Below are positions 34,428-44,365 of a stretch of 62,156 nt of DNA, piece by piece. Under the pieces are notes generated by a model. It was not told the origin of the DNA. It saw only the letters and a program-made list of their open reading frames with translations, and ran no database searches. This DNA comes from a virus (lineage: Duplodnaviria > Caudoviricetes), in IMG/VR virus record IMGVR_UViG_3300027857_000485, positions 1-62,156 of that record. One strand, written 5' to 3'. Positions within the stretch are counted from its first letter, which is position 1. The number at the start of each line of letters is the position of its first letter. Both the position numbers and the translations under genes were made by a program.

Positions 34428-35957
34428 ATGGCCGCAACTCCGGACAATTCAGCCGTCGCCGCACAATCGGCCGCCGTCCAGAAGATGGCCGAGCCGTGGC
34501 CGATGATCCAGGCGCTGATCGACGGCACCGGAGCGATGCGCGCGGCCGGCAAGACCTTCCTGCCGCAGTTCCCCAAGGAAACCGAGGACGCCTATAAGAT
34601 CCGGCTCGGGCAGGCCGTTCTGTTCGCCGCCTTCAGCAACACCGTCGACGTGCTGGCGGCCAAGCCGATGTCGCGCGAGATGTCGATCAACGGCGTGCCG
34701 CCGCAGATCGAAGCGCTGTTCGACGACATCGATGGTCAGGACTCGACCCTGGCCAGCTTCACCATGCAGCGCCTGCGCGAAGCCCTGCAGTTCGGCATCG
34801 GCGGCATCCTGGTCGACGCGCCGCCGAACCCGGGAACGCGCACCGTGGCCGAGGAAAAGGCCGCCGGCATCCGCCCGTATTTCTGCGCCTATTCCGCGCC
34901 GTCGATCCTGGGGTGGCGCGTCGAGAAGGTGACGAGAAATCCGAATGCCACGGACGCCGACAAGGACCAGGACAAGATCGGTTTTAAGCTGACCCAGCTG
35001 CGCCTGCTGGAGAGCGTCACCGAGCCGGATGGCGACTTCGGCGAGAAGCAGGTCAAGCAGGTTCGCGTGCTGATGCCGGGCATCTGGCAGGTCTGGCGCA
35101 TGGTGCAGGACCCGACCAATGCCGGGCGGCAGGTCTGGGCCATCTTCGACCAGGGCGTCACGACGCTCACCTACATCCCGTTCTTCTTCTTCTACGGCTA
35201 CAAGCTGGGATTCGGCATCGGCAAGTCGCCGCTGCTCGACCTGGCCTATGCCAATGTCGAGCATTGGCAGTCCAGCAGCGACCAGCAGAATATCCTGCAC
35301 GTCGCCCGCGTGCCGATCCTGTTCGGCAAGGGCTTTCCCGAGGATGCGAATGTCGTCGTCGGCGCCAACAGCATCACGCTGGTGTCGAGCGCCGACGCCG
35401 ATATGAAGTTCGTCGAGCACACCGGCGCCGCGATCGACGCAGGCCGCCAGAGCATCGTCGACATCGAGGACCGCATGCGCCAGCTGGGCGCCGAACTGCT
35501 GATCCAGCAGACCCTGAACGTCACCGCGACCCAGACCATTTCCGAGGGCGAGGCGTCGAAGTCGAAGCTGCAGCAGATCGTCGAGGATTTCGAGGAGACG
35601 CTCGAAAAGGCGATCGACTGCCTGGGCGACTGGATGAAGCTGCCCTGCAATGCCGAGGTCAGCCTGTTCAAGGACTTCGGCGCGGCCAGCCTGTCCGATT
35701 CCTCGGCCGACACGCTGATGAAGGCCCAGGGCGCCGGCTACGTCTCGAAACAGACCGTGTTCGACGGCCTCAAGCGCCGCGACATCATCCCGGCCGGTCA
35801 GTCCTGGGACGACGAGAAGGCCAAGATCAAGGCCGAGAAGGCGGAAAACCCGCCGCCGCCTCCGCCGCCCGCGTCCGTTCCGCCTGGAGCCGTGCCACCG
35901 CCTGGCGCAGCCCCCACGCCCGCGCCGGCCCCGACGCCGCCCGCCGACGACGCCTGA
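34428..35957 (+). CDS. Portal protein (DUF4055 type)
   Basis: Follows terL; GTGAMRAAG..FLP, SPLLDLA..NVEHWQSSSD motifs; Pro-rich tail. Confidence 0.88.
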   Translation: MAATPDNSAVAAQSAAVQKMAEPWPMIQALIDGTGAMRAAGKTFLPQFPKETEDAYKIRLGQAVLFAAFSNTVDVLAAKPMSREMSINGVPPQIEALFDDIDGQDSTLASFTMQRLREALQFGIGGILVDAPPNPGTRTVAEEKAAGIRPYFCAYSAPSILGWRVEKVTRNPNATDADKDQDKIGFKLTQLRLLESVTEPDGDFGEKQVKQVRVLMPGIWQVWRMVQDPTNAGRQVWAIFDQGVTTLTYIPFFFFYGYKLGFGIGKSPLLDLAYANVEHWQSSSDQQNILHVARVPILFGKGFPEDANVVVGANSITLVSSADADMKFVEHTGAAIDAGRQSIVDIEDRMRQLGAELLIQQTLNVTATQTISEGEASKSKLQQIVEDFEETLEKAIDCLGDWMKLPCNAEVSLFKDFGAASLSDSSADTLMKAQGAGYVSKQTVFDGLKRRDIIPAGQSWDDEKAKIKAEKAENPPPPPPPASVPPGAVPPPGAAPTPAPAPTPPADDA

Positions 35958-36058
35958 CACCCGTTCATTTCGCCGCCACCGAGCGGCTTTTCCTGCCCTG
36001 ACGCGGACGCGAAGGGGTGCAACTGCCGGGATCGGCACAACAGAAGGGTCGGATGACC

Positions 36059-36835
36059 ATGCCCATGAAGCTGAAAATCGACGATCAGGGCCATGCCGTG
36101 ATCGAGAACGGAATGCCCGTCTACATCCACGACGACGGGCGCGAAAGCCCGTTCGACGCCAATGCGACCGTCGCCAAGATCACGCAACTCAACGCCGAAG
36201 CCAAGACGCATCGCGTCGCCAAGGAAGAGGCGCTGGAGCAGCTGAAAGTGTTCGAGGGCCTGGACCCGGCCGCCGCCCGTAAGGCGCTGGAGACCTTCCA
36301 GAATCTCGACAGCAAGCAGCTGATCGATGCCGGCGAAGTCCAACGGGTCAAGGACGAGGCCAAGACCGCCTTCCAGCAGCAACTCGAGCAGGTTGAGGCC
36401 AAGTACAAGCCGGTCGTGGAAGAGCGCGACGGCCTGGCGGACAAACTCACCGACATGACCATCGGCTATGCCTTCAGCGGCTCCAAATTCATCGCCGACA
36501 ACCTCGCTGTGCCCGCCCCGATGGTGCGCGCGACGTTCGGCAGCCACTTCAAGGTCGAGGATGGCCGTGTGGTCGGCTACGACGCCAACGGCCAGCGCAT
36601 CTTCAGCCGGCAAAACCCCGGCGAAATCGCCGACCTCGACGAAGCCCTGTCCACCATCGTCGCCTCGTATCCCTTCCGCGACCAGATCGTGAAGGGCTCC
36701 GGCGCCTCGGGCGGCGGCGCGGGTGGTTCCGGCGGCGCCGGCGGCGCCAAGACCGCCAATCGCCAGCAGTTCGAAGGCATGGACCCCAACGCCCAGCGCG
36801 CCTTCCTCAAGGACGGCGGCAAGGTCACCGACTAA
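36059..36835 (+). CDS. Capsid scaffolding protein (DUF6651 type)
   Basis: MKLKID.QG..V..NG.PVY, coiled coil, Gly-rich C-terminus; start 36059 or 36065. Confidence 0.8.
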   Translation: MPMKLKIDDQGHAVIENGMPVYIHDDGRESPFDANATVAKITQLNAEAKTHRVAKEEALEQLKVFEGLDPAAARKALETFQNLDSKQLIDAGEVQRVKDEAKTAFQQQLEQVEAKYKPVVEERDGLADKLTDMTIGYAFSGSKFIADNLAVPAPMVRATFGSHFKVEDGRVVGYDANGQRIFSRQNPGEIADLDEALSTIVASYPFRDQIVKGSGASGGGAGGSGGAGGAKTANRQQFEGMDPNAQRAFLKDGGKVTD

Positions 36836-36970
36836 CCCGCAAAACCCGAAAAGCTGCTGAGACGCCAGCCCAACCCCCTGCGTCTCATTGGCCTGTCTCC
36901 CTGGATGGGGAGGGGCGCTCGCGTCGGATGACGCACCGCGAAATCCCCTTTCCATTCCCTGGAGATCATC

Positions 36971-38101
36971 ATGGCCAATACTTTGACCAGCCTGGTGCCC
37001 GACCTGTTCGAGGCGCTGGACGTCGTTTCCCGCGAACTCGTGGGCTTCATCCCTTCCGTAACCCTGGACGCCAGCGCCGACCGCGCCGCGCTGAACCAGG
37101 TCGTGCGCAGCTTCGTCGCGCCGGCCGCCGCCGCCGAGGACATCTCGCCCGGCCAGCTGCCGCCCGATGACGGAGACCAGACGATCGGCAACAACCAGAT
37201 CGTCATCACCAAGGCGCGCACCGTGCCGTTCCGCTGGACCGGCGAGGAGCAGAAGGGCGTCAATTCCGGCCCGGGCTACAACAACATCCGGACCAACCAG
37301 ATCGCCCAGGCGTTCCGCACCCTGACCAACGAGATCGACAGCTTCGTCGGCGGTCTGGCGGTCAGCGCCTCGCGTGCCTACGGGACCGCCGGCACCACGC
37401 CGTTCGCCTCGGACCTGTCCGATCCCGCCAACATGCGCCAGATCCTGGCCGACAACGGCGCGCCGTTGTCCGACATGCAGCTGGTGATCAACACCACGGC
37501 CGGCACCAAGATGCGCAGCCTGGCGCAGCTGACCAAGGCCAACGAAGCCGGCACCACCGAGCTCCGCGCCCAGGGCACCCTGCTCCAGCTGGACGGCTTC
37601 AACATCCGTGAGTCGGCCGGCGTCAATACCGTCACCGCCGGCACTGGCGCCAACTACGTCACCAACGGCGCGCTGGCCAAGGGCGCCACCACCATCCCGG
37701 TCCAGACCGGCACCGGCACGATCCTCGCCGGCAACTTCATCACCTTCGCCGGCGACACCAACAAGTACCTGGTCACCACCGCCCTGACCGGCGGCAATGT
37801 GGTGATCGCCGCGCCCGGCCTGCGGACCGCCATCAACAGCGGCACCGCCGTCACCGTCGGCGGCAGCTTCACCGCCAATCTGGCCTTCGCCCGCGCCGCC
37901 CTGGTGCTGGCCACCCGCGCGCCGGCCCTGCCGGTAGAGGGCGATATGGCCGACGATCGGATGATGCTGACCGATCCGCGTTCCGGCCTGGCCTTCGAAG
38001 TGGCCATGTACAAGCAGTATCGCCGCGTCCGGTACGAAATTTCGATCGCCTATGGCGCGTCGAATATCAAGCCGGAGCATTCGGCGATCCTGCTGGGCTA
38101 A
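36971..38101 (+). CDS. Major capsid protein (P22 coat-like family)
   Basis: MANTLT.L.PDL..ALDVVSRELVGFIP; ends IKPEHSAILLG; RBS GGAG. Confidence 0.9.
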   Translation: MANTLTSLVPDLFEALDVVSRELVGFIPSVTLDASADRAALNQVVRSFVAPAAAAEDISPGQLPPDDGDQTIGNNQIVITKARTVPFRWTGEEQKGVNSGPGYNNIRTNQIAQAFRTLTNEIDSFVGGLAVSASRAYGTAGTTPFASDLSDPANMRQILADNGAPLSDMQLVINTTAGTKMRSLAQLTKANEAGTTELRAQGTLLQLDGFNIRESAGVNTVTAGTGANYVTNGALAKGATTIPVQTGTGTILAGNFITFAGDTNKYLVTTALTGGNVVIAAPGLRTAINSGTAVTVGGSFTANLAFARAALVLATRAPALPVEGDMADDRMMLTDPRSGLAFEVAMYKQYRRVRYEISIAYGASNIKPEHSAILLG

Positions 38102-38156
38102 CCCAGGCTGCGGGGCGCCCGACAGCCCCGCCGCCGAACAGAAGGAAACCCCGACA

Positions 38157-38567
38157 ATGTCCGACGAGACCAAGACCACCAAGAAGCAGGCGACGCTCAC
38201 CCTGGCCCCGAAGGCCGAGGAGGCTTCCGCGCCCGACAGCCGCGCCGCCGAACCGGTGCCCGCCAGCGGCGAACTGGCCCCCGATGCGCCCGCATCGGAA
38301 GCTCCGGCCCCGGCCGTATCCGCCGAGCAGGCCTTCGAAGGAACCGGCGTCGAGATGACTCCCGTCGACGGCGACACCGTGACGGATGATGGTTCTGACA
38401 ACGCCGCGCCGCCGATCGACGAGCAGCCGATCGAGCCCGAAGAGGAAATCGTCGAATTCGTGCAGATGGTGCGCGATCCCGACGCCTATTCCGAGCCCCA
38501 TACCGCGACGGTCCATCCGGCCGAGGTCGAGAATTATCGCCTGGGCGGCTGGGAGCCGGCCGAGTAA
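38157..38567 (+). CDS. Acidic head-associated protein
   Basis: RBS AAGGA; C-terminal TATVHPAEVENYRLGGW motif. Confidence 0.7.
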   Translation: MSDETKTTKKQATLTLAPKAEEASAPDSRAAEPVPASGELAPDAPASEAPAPAVSAEQAFEGTGVEMTPVDGDTVTDDGSDNAAPPIDEQPIEPEEEIVEFVQMVRDPDAYSEPHTATVHPAEVENYRLGGWEPAE

Positions 38568-38966
38568 ATGGCCCTTACCGATCAGCAGCTGGCTGACGTC
38601 CGGCGCTATGCCGGCTATCCGCAGGTCGGCGCCAACCATACGGTCGATGCCTCGCGCGACTTCTCGTATGGTTGGACGCTGCCCGGCGTGTGGGAGACGC
38701 TGGAAAGCATCCTCACCAACCTGCGGCCCGAGAACGAGACCACGCTGATCAATATCCACCTCGCCAATTTGGCTACGCTGGAACAGGCGATCTACGGCAC
38801 AACCGCCAACCAAGACACCGCCGTCGCTGGCATCTGGACCCGCAACCCGCAGGAACTCGCCGAGCGCAAATCTTTATACCGCTACGCCAGGCTGGAGCTG
38901 TGCTCGTTCCTCGGCGTGGCGCCTGGGCCTATGCTTCAGGGCGGCAACACCGTCACGCGCAGCTGA
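38568..38966 (+). CDS. Head-tail adaptor-like protein
   Basis: Position after the capsid genes; DVRRYAGYP motif. Confidence 0.65.
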   Translation: MALTDQQLADVRRYAGYPQVGANHTVDASRDFSYGWTLPGVWETLESILTNLRPENETTLINIHLANLATLEQAIYGTTANQDTAVAGIWTRNPQELAERKSLYRYARLELCSFLGVAPGPMLQGGNTVTRS

Positions 38967-38968
38967 TC

Positions 38969-39754
38969 ATGGTGCTCACCAGCGACCAGCGCGCGGCTAA
39001 GGCGGCAGCCGATAAGCGCCAGCGCCAGGTCGAGAAGGCGGTCGCTGCGGCGATGCTGTTCCTGCAGCCGCGTATGACGCTCATGCTCTATTGGATGCCC
39101 AGCACCTGGTCGGAATTCGCTGATCGGCTGGGACAAGCGCTCGATGCCGCGACCACGGCCGGCGACGAAGCGGCAAAGGCCGTCTATCTCGGCTTCGACA
39201 GCCTCGACCCCGCCACTGTCAACGCCCAGCGCGCTCAGCGCGACAAGATGGTGGCGGATCTGGTGGCGTCGACGAAAAAGGCCGTCAACCAGGTGGTGAC
39301 CTGGGCGCAATCGGCCGGCATTTCCGCCGAGGCGCGCGACGGCATCATGCAGGAACTGGCCGGGCTGAACGCCAACCAGATTTCGCCGATCCTGACGACG
39401 CTGGCCAGCATGGCGTCGACCGGATCGAGCGACGCGGCGCTGGTAACGGCGGCGCGGAAGAGCGCCAAGGGTGTAATCGAGGAGCGCTCGGCAATCATCG
39501 CATCGGATGCCCTATGGAGCGGCGCGCAGCTGGGTCAAGTGCTCGCCGGTGGCCAGATGAAGCGCCAGACCAATTACCGAGTCACCAAGACCTGGAACAC
39601 GGCCGGCGACGAACGGGTCTGCTCGATTTGCGGCCCGTTGGACGGCGTGAAGGTCGGCATTGATGAGTTTTTCCCTGGCGGCCTGCCTGCGCCCGCCGCG
39701 CATCCGAATTGCCGCTGTCACACAACGATCGACACCGAGGACCCCGACGCATGA
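38969..39754 (+). CDS. Minor head protein (Mu gpF/SPP1 gp7-like C-terminus)
   Basis: KTWNTAGDERVCSICGPLDG...PAAHPNCRC. Confidence 0.85.
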   Translation: MVLTSDQRAAKAAADKRQRQVEKAVAAAMLFLQPRMTLMLYWMPSTWSEFADRLGQALDAATTAGDEAAKAVYLGFDSLDPATVNAQRAQRDKMVADLVASTKKAVNQVVTWAQSAGISAEARDGIMQELAGLNANQISPILTTLASMASTGSSDAALVTAARKSAKGVIEERSAIIASDALWSGAQLGQVLAGGQMKRQTNYRVTKTWNTAGDERVCSICGPLDGVKVGIDEFFPGGLPAPAAHPNCRCHTTIDTEDPDA

Positions 39755-40311
39755 CCCTCTGCATGGCCTATACCGATGGCGAGACGACGTGGATTGGCGC
39801 TGATACCGTCTTGCAGAACGGCTTCGGTTGGCGCCATCCGGTCGTCATGCAGAAGTGGATTCCGCTGCATGGCTGGATGGTTGGCATCGCTGGGGCAGCG
39901 CTTGTGCGGTTTGCCATCGATGATGCGGCAAAGGTCATTTCCGGCGGCGAGGAGCCCATCGAGATCGTCGCGGCGATTTGGCAGGCGCATGTCGCGCGAG
40001 GCATGAAGCCCGTTATCAAAGAGGGTGAGTTTCCCGAGCACGATTCGGACCTCATTCTGGCGCGTCCAGGGCGCGTATTCCGCTGCAACAGCTTTGGCGA
40101 TGCCTGCGAAATATCCGTCGGCCGCTGGTGCTGCATCGGGCAAGGTGATGAGGTTGCCTATGGTGCGCTGGACGCCCTGACCGCCGTCAGCGTCGCGCCT
40201 CTGAACGCAATGAGAGTGACCATCGACATCGCGCACCGCTATTTTCCGTCCATCGACGGCTTTTGGGCTGCCGAATTGGGCGCGGAGCGGGCTCCGAAGG
40301 TCACTCACTGA
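39751..40311 (+). CDS. HslV/proteasome-beta-like Ntn hydrolase
   Basis: Thr1 after Met, GAD17, K34, GIAG, IGQG..AYGAL. Confidence 0.7.
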   Translation: MTLCMAYTDGETTWIGADTVLQNGFGWRHPVVMQKWIPLHGWMVGIAGAALVRFAIDDAAKVISGGEEPIEIVAAIWQAHVARGMKPVIKEGEFPEHDSDLILARPGRVFRCNSFGDACEISVGRWCCIGQGDEVAYGALDALTAVSVAPLNAMRVTIDIAHRYFPSIDGFWAAELGAERAPKVTH

Positions 40312-41252
40312 TGGACGGCACCCGCCTCCAATCGCTGGTCTACAAGGGGCTCGGCAAAGCGGCGGCGCATACCGGCTTGCCGTTCCAGGGCTATCGCCCG
40401 AACGGCGCGCTGAACCCGATCGACCCGGCCAATGCGACCGCGCAGCTGTCGGCCAGCTTCACCACCTCCTACGCTTATGGAAAGCCAAACACCTACGGGC
40501 AGGCAACATGGCAAGCGGTGTTGGACGGCAGCCAGGTCAATGTCGGCGACTATCTGGTCGGCGCGCCCGGGACGTTCTTCATCGCGGCCAAGCAGCCGCT
40601 GCTGCCGATCCTGGCGGTGGGGTGCAATCGGGTGGTGTCGATCACTCAGGGCGGAACAAACCCGGTCGCCGTCGGCTGGCCGGCCTCGATCCTGGTGGAA
40701 AGCACGCGCGGCAACGCCCCGCTTGAGGACATCGCGGGCAGCCCGTCGACGCCGCACTGGTGGATGTTGCTGCCCGCCGTGCCCGACCTGACCATGGAGG
40801 TCGCGGACCTCGTCACCGACGACCTCGGGCGCCAGTATTTCATGACGGCGGCCGAGCTGTCGGACCTGGGCTGGCGCTGCTCGATCCAGCAGACCACCCT
40901 CCTGTCGGACAGCGTCATCAAGCATTACCAGACGGTCATCCGCCTGATCGGCAAGCTGCTGACGTACCGCCAGATCACCACCGGCAGCGGGCCGAACCCG
41001 ACGCGCACCACCACCGACTATCCGGTGAAGGCGCTGATCAGCGGCTACGACGCTTCGATGATGGCGAACGGCGTGGTTAAGATCGCGGACCTGCGCGTCA
41101 TGCTGTCGCCGCTGTCCGAGGATGGCCGGGAGATCCCGCAACCGTCGCTGACCGATCAGATCATCATCGACGGCGTCGCGCGCTCGGTGATCGCCTGCAA
41201 GCCGGAATATGCCGGCACCGATATCGCGGTCTTCGACGTCCAAGCGCGATAA
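40311..41252 (+). CDS. Head-closure/tail-joining protein (apparently multi-domain)
   Basis: TGATG-coupled; position in the neck module. Confidence 0.65.
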   Translation: MDGTRLQSLVYKGLGKAAAHTGLPFQGYRPNGALNPIDPANATAQLSASFTTSYAYGKPNTYGQATWQAVLDGSQVNVGDYLVGAPGTFFIAAKQPLLPILAVGCNRVVSITQGGTNPVAVGWPASILVESTRGNAPLEDIAGSPSTPHWWMLLPAVPDLTMEVADLVTDDLGRQYFMTAAELSDLGWRCSIQQTTLLSDSVIKHYQTVIRLIGKLLTYRQITTGSGPNPTRTTTDYPVKALISGYDASMMANGVVKIADLRVMLSPLSEDGREIPQPSLTDQIIIDGVARSVIACKPEYAGTDIAVFDVQAR

Positions 41253-41290
41253 TCTGGCGGTTTTCCGGCGATTGGCGCATAATTCGCGCC

Positions 41291-41716
41291 ATGTCGACCA
41301 CCCAGCTATCCCGCCACGCCATTCGCGCCCTTGTCGAAGACCACGCCCGCCGGCAATTCGCCGCCGAAGGCGATGGAAGATGGCACGCAACGCAGAACGA
41401 CCTCAACGACGAGTTGGCGCAGCACCGGGCCGAGGTTGCTGAGCGGGCGGGGGAGATTGAGGCCGAGCGCTTCATGCGGATCTATGCCGAGGAAGTCCTG
41501 GCCTATGAGCGGGATTTTCACATGAGCCCGAGGAAGGGCGCCGTGAGAATGGGGGCAGGCTCTCGGGTCCAAGCGGACAAGTCCTATCACTGGGAACGGC
41601 CACATCCGCCGGCTGTCGTTTTCCCCGAAATCGAGGCGCCCAAACGCGAGAGCGCCGCGCCCGGCTGGATCTTCGTATTGATCGCCGTCTCGGGAGCCGC
41701 CGCGCTCCTGTTCTAG
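41291..41716 (+). CDS. Moron-like protein with C-terminal TM anchor
   Basis: CATAAT at 41278-41283, 7 nt before the ATG; no SD; hydrophobic C-terminus. Confidence 0.55.
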   Translation: MSTTQLSRHAIRALVEDHARRQFAAEGDGRWHATQNDLNDELAQHRAEVAERAGEIEAERFMRIYAEEVLAYERDFHMSPRKGAVRMGAGSRVQADKSYHWERPHPPAVVFPEIEAPKRESAAPGWIFVLIAVSGAAALLF

Positions 41717-41723
41717 GAGCGCC

Positions 41724-42212
41724 ATGGGCGTCACCGTCACAACCGCCGAAGAATTCGAGGCCGCCTGCCATGACTGGATGGAAAAGGTCGTCAAGCCGGC
41801 CGTCGTCGCAGCGCAGCTCGAGGTCGCCCGCGCCGCCGCCGAGGCGATCGTCACCGCCAAGGCGACCTGGAACGACAAGCAGCCGAATGATTACTGGTCC
41901 GGCCAGTTCCGCGCCTCGGTAACCGTGGCCGTCGGCGCACCCGATGACACAGCAGCACCCGACAATCCCGGCCCCTGGCCGATCCACCCCAATCCCTACC
42001 CGCCTGCCGATGTCGACGGAATGGTCGATTCCCTGGCCAGCATCCAAGCGTTCCAGATAGTCTACATCGCCGACGCGGTGCCCTATGCCGAGGATGTCGA
42101 AAGCCATGTCGAGCCCTTCGGCCTGGCCGCGGCGATGATCCAGTCGGCTTTCGCGCCCGGCTATTCCTGGCAGTTCCTGGCCGACCAGAGCATGGCGGCG
42201 ATCCCCTTCTGA
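41724..42212 (+). CDS. Tail completion protein (HK97 gp10-like)
   Basis: SGQFRAS, VYIADAVPYA..VE motifs; RBS AGGAG. Confidence 0.65.
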   Translation: MGVTVTTAEEFEAACHDWMEKVVKPAVVAAQLEVARAAAEAIVTAKATWNDKQPNDYWSGQFRASVTVAVGAPDDTAAPDNPGPWPIHPNPYPPADVDGMVDSLASIQAFQIVYIADAVPYAEDVESHVEPFGLAAAMIQSAFAPGYSWQFLADQSMAAIPF

Positions 42213-42225
42213 TCGGTGCCTTTTC

Positions 42226-42699
42226 ATGACCAACGCGATCCCCGCCGAGGATATCGACGCCTCAATCATCGCCATGTGGCAAGCGGCATGGACGGCCACG
42301 CCGACGGCATGGGAAAACGTCGCCTTCGACCCGCATAATCTGAACGCAGCAGATATCGGCGCCGGCTTTCAGAATGGCGGCCCTTGGGTCGAATTGCGCG
42401 TCATCCAGCAGCCCGGGCTGGGCCAGATCTCGACCGCCAACAACGGCACGCGCCGCTGGCGCATTCCGGGCCAGGTGATCATCACCGCAGCGGTGCAGGC
42501 AGGCCAAGGTAAGGCAGCGCTTTCGCAGCTGCTCGACGAGGCAGCGCAGGTCTTTCGCGGCCACGCCCTCGATACCAGCGGCGCCGGCCACCTGCTGTTC
42601 TTCAATTCCTATGCGACGCCGGCCGCCAATAGTCCTAAAGACGCATCCTGGTACACCGCCGCCGCGGTCATCCGCTTCTGGTACGACTACGACGCCTGA
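42226..42699 (+). CDS. Tail terminator-like protein
   Basis: AWENVAF, G.G.....D....F, W Y...V..RF pattern; before the tail tube gene. Confidence 0.65.
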   Translation: MTNAIPAEDIDASIIAMWQAAWTATPTAWENVAFDPHNLNAADIGAGFQNGGPWVELRVIQQPGLGQISTANNGTRRWRIPGQVIITAAVQAGQGKAALSQLLDEAAQVFRGHALDTSGAGHLLFFNSYATPAANSPKDASWYTAAAVIRFWYDYDA

Positions 42700-42812
42700 T
42701 CCAGGCCTCAGACCAATCCCCCAGCAATTGCCGCGCCCTTCGGCTCGGCCTTACCCAGCGTCTCCCGACGGACGCTCCCGCCTTGCCGTAAGCGCATCAA
42801 GGAGCCGAGAAA

Positions 42813-44249
42813 ATGTCCTTCAGCAACACTTCGCAGACCCAATTCCGCTACGCCGTCGAGGCGACGCAGAACCAGATCCCCGCGGTCGCGTTCCAGAATA
42901 TCACCGCCAAGAGTGGCGCGCTGGAAGCCAATCAGACCTTCACCGTGAGCCAGGGCATCCGCACCGATCGCACCGTGCAGGACAATATCCTGACCGACCG
43001 CAAGCCGGGCGGAACGCTGGTCTATGAATTCGCCTATGGGGTCGCAGATCCGATCCTGGCGGCGACCCTTCAGGACGCGGCGACCTGGAACCAGACGACC
43101 AATTTCTCGAATGTGGCCGTTACCGCCGGCACCCCGAACGTCTTCACCGTGCCCTCGGGCGGCGCGGCGGTTCTGGCCAATATGCTGCTCTATGCCTCGG
43201 GCTTCACCAACTCGGGCAATGACGGTGTGTTCAAGGCCTCGTCCTCGACAGGGACCACCATCACCACCGCAACGGCGCCCAGCACGGCGGAAACCGCCGG
43301 CGCGGGCAAGACGCTGAAGGTGATCGGCTACGAGGGCGCTTCCGGCGACATCACCGCGACCTCGACCGGCCTGGCCAGCACCACGCTCGATTTCACCACG
43401 CTGGGCCTGTCGGTCGGGTTGGTGGTCAAGGTCGGCGGTTCGCAGGCGGCCAATCAGTTCGCCACCGCGGCCAATAACGACTATGTCCGCATCACTGGCA
43501 TCGCCGCACACGCGCTGACCTGCGACAACCTGCCCACCGGCTGGACCACCGACGCGGGCGCGGGAAAAGCCATCCGCCTGCTGTGGGGAGACACCATCGC
43601 CAATGGCGTGACGCGCAACAGCTTCACCGTCGAGGAAGACCACCCAGACATCAGCTTCACCCGCGAATTCACCGGGCATTATCCGGACCAGTTCCAGCTG
43701 AAGATGACGCCCGGCCAGATCCTCGAGGCGACCACGACCTGGAAGGGCATGAGCGTTTCCACCGGCACCGCGACCGCCAGCACCGGCACGCCTATCGCGG
43801 CGCCGAACAACAGCATCATGAACGCGGTGACCAGCGTGGTCCGCATCAACGAGGCCGGCGTCGCGTCCGGCAAGATGAGCGACGCCACCCTGATGATCAA
43901 GAACAACCTGGGCGACGTTATGGCGCTGGGCGTGCTGGGCGATGCGGACGTCCGCGACGGCCAATTCAATGCCACCCTGCAGTTCGGCATCTATATGTCC
44001 GCGACCCAGGGCCAGAGCATCTATTCGAAGTTCCTGGCCGGTACGCAGTCCAGCCTATGGTTCGTCCTGAAGGACGCCGCCGGGAATGCCTACGCGGTCG
44101 ATATGCCGGCGGGCCGGTTCACCGATGCCAAGACCCCCGTCTCAGGCATCAACCAGGACTACAAGCTGACCGGCACTTTCACCACCCAGTACGACAGCGT
44201 TTCCGGCAAGCAGATGCGCATCAACCGCATCGCCTCCTACGGCGCGTGA
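42813..44249 (+). CDS. Major tail tube protein with inserted beta domain
   Basis: RYAVE.T, SFTVE, NNL motifs; Thr-rich; precedes the chaperone gene. Confidence 0.82.
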   Translation: MSFSNTSQTQFRYAVEATQNQIPAVAFQNITAKSGALEANQTFTVSQGIRTDRTVQDNILTDRKPGGTLVYEFAYGVADPILAATLQDAATWNQTTNFSNVAVTAGTPNVFTVPSGGAAVLANMLLYASGFTNSGNDGVFKASSSTGTTITTATAPSTAETAGAGKTLKVIGYEGASGDITATSTGLASTTLDFTTLGLSVGLVVKVGGSQAANQFATAANNDYVRITGIAAHALTCDNLPTGWTTDAGAGKAIRLLWGDTIANGVTRNSFTVEEDHPDISFTREFTGHYPDQFQLKMTPGQILEATTTWKGMSVSTGTATASTGTPIAAPNNSIMNAVTSVVRINEAGVASGKMSDATLMIKNNLGDVMALGVLGDADVRDGQFNATLQFGIYMSATQGQSIYSKFLAGTQSSLWFVLKDAAGNAYAVDMPAGRFTDAKTPVSGINQDYKLTGTFTTQYDSVSGKQMRINRIASYGA

Positions 44250-44365
44250 CCCGGGCGAAAGCTCGGTAGGGCTTCGGCCCGAGCGGCGGCCGGCGCGTCG
44301 GGCGCCGGCCGCCCGTTTCTTCCGCCCCGACAATTTCCGACTCCCCGACAAAGGAACCCCGACAA

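Noticed and set aside
35851-35953. Pro-rich low-complexity repeat at the portal C-terminus
   Set aside because: Ordinary disordered tail; no exact DNA repeat unit
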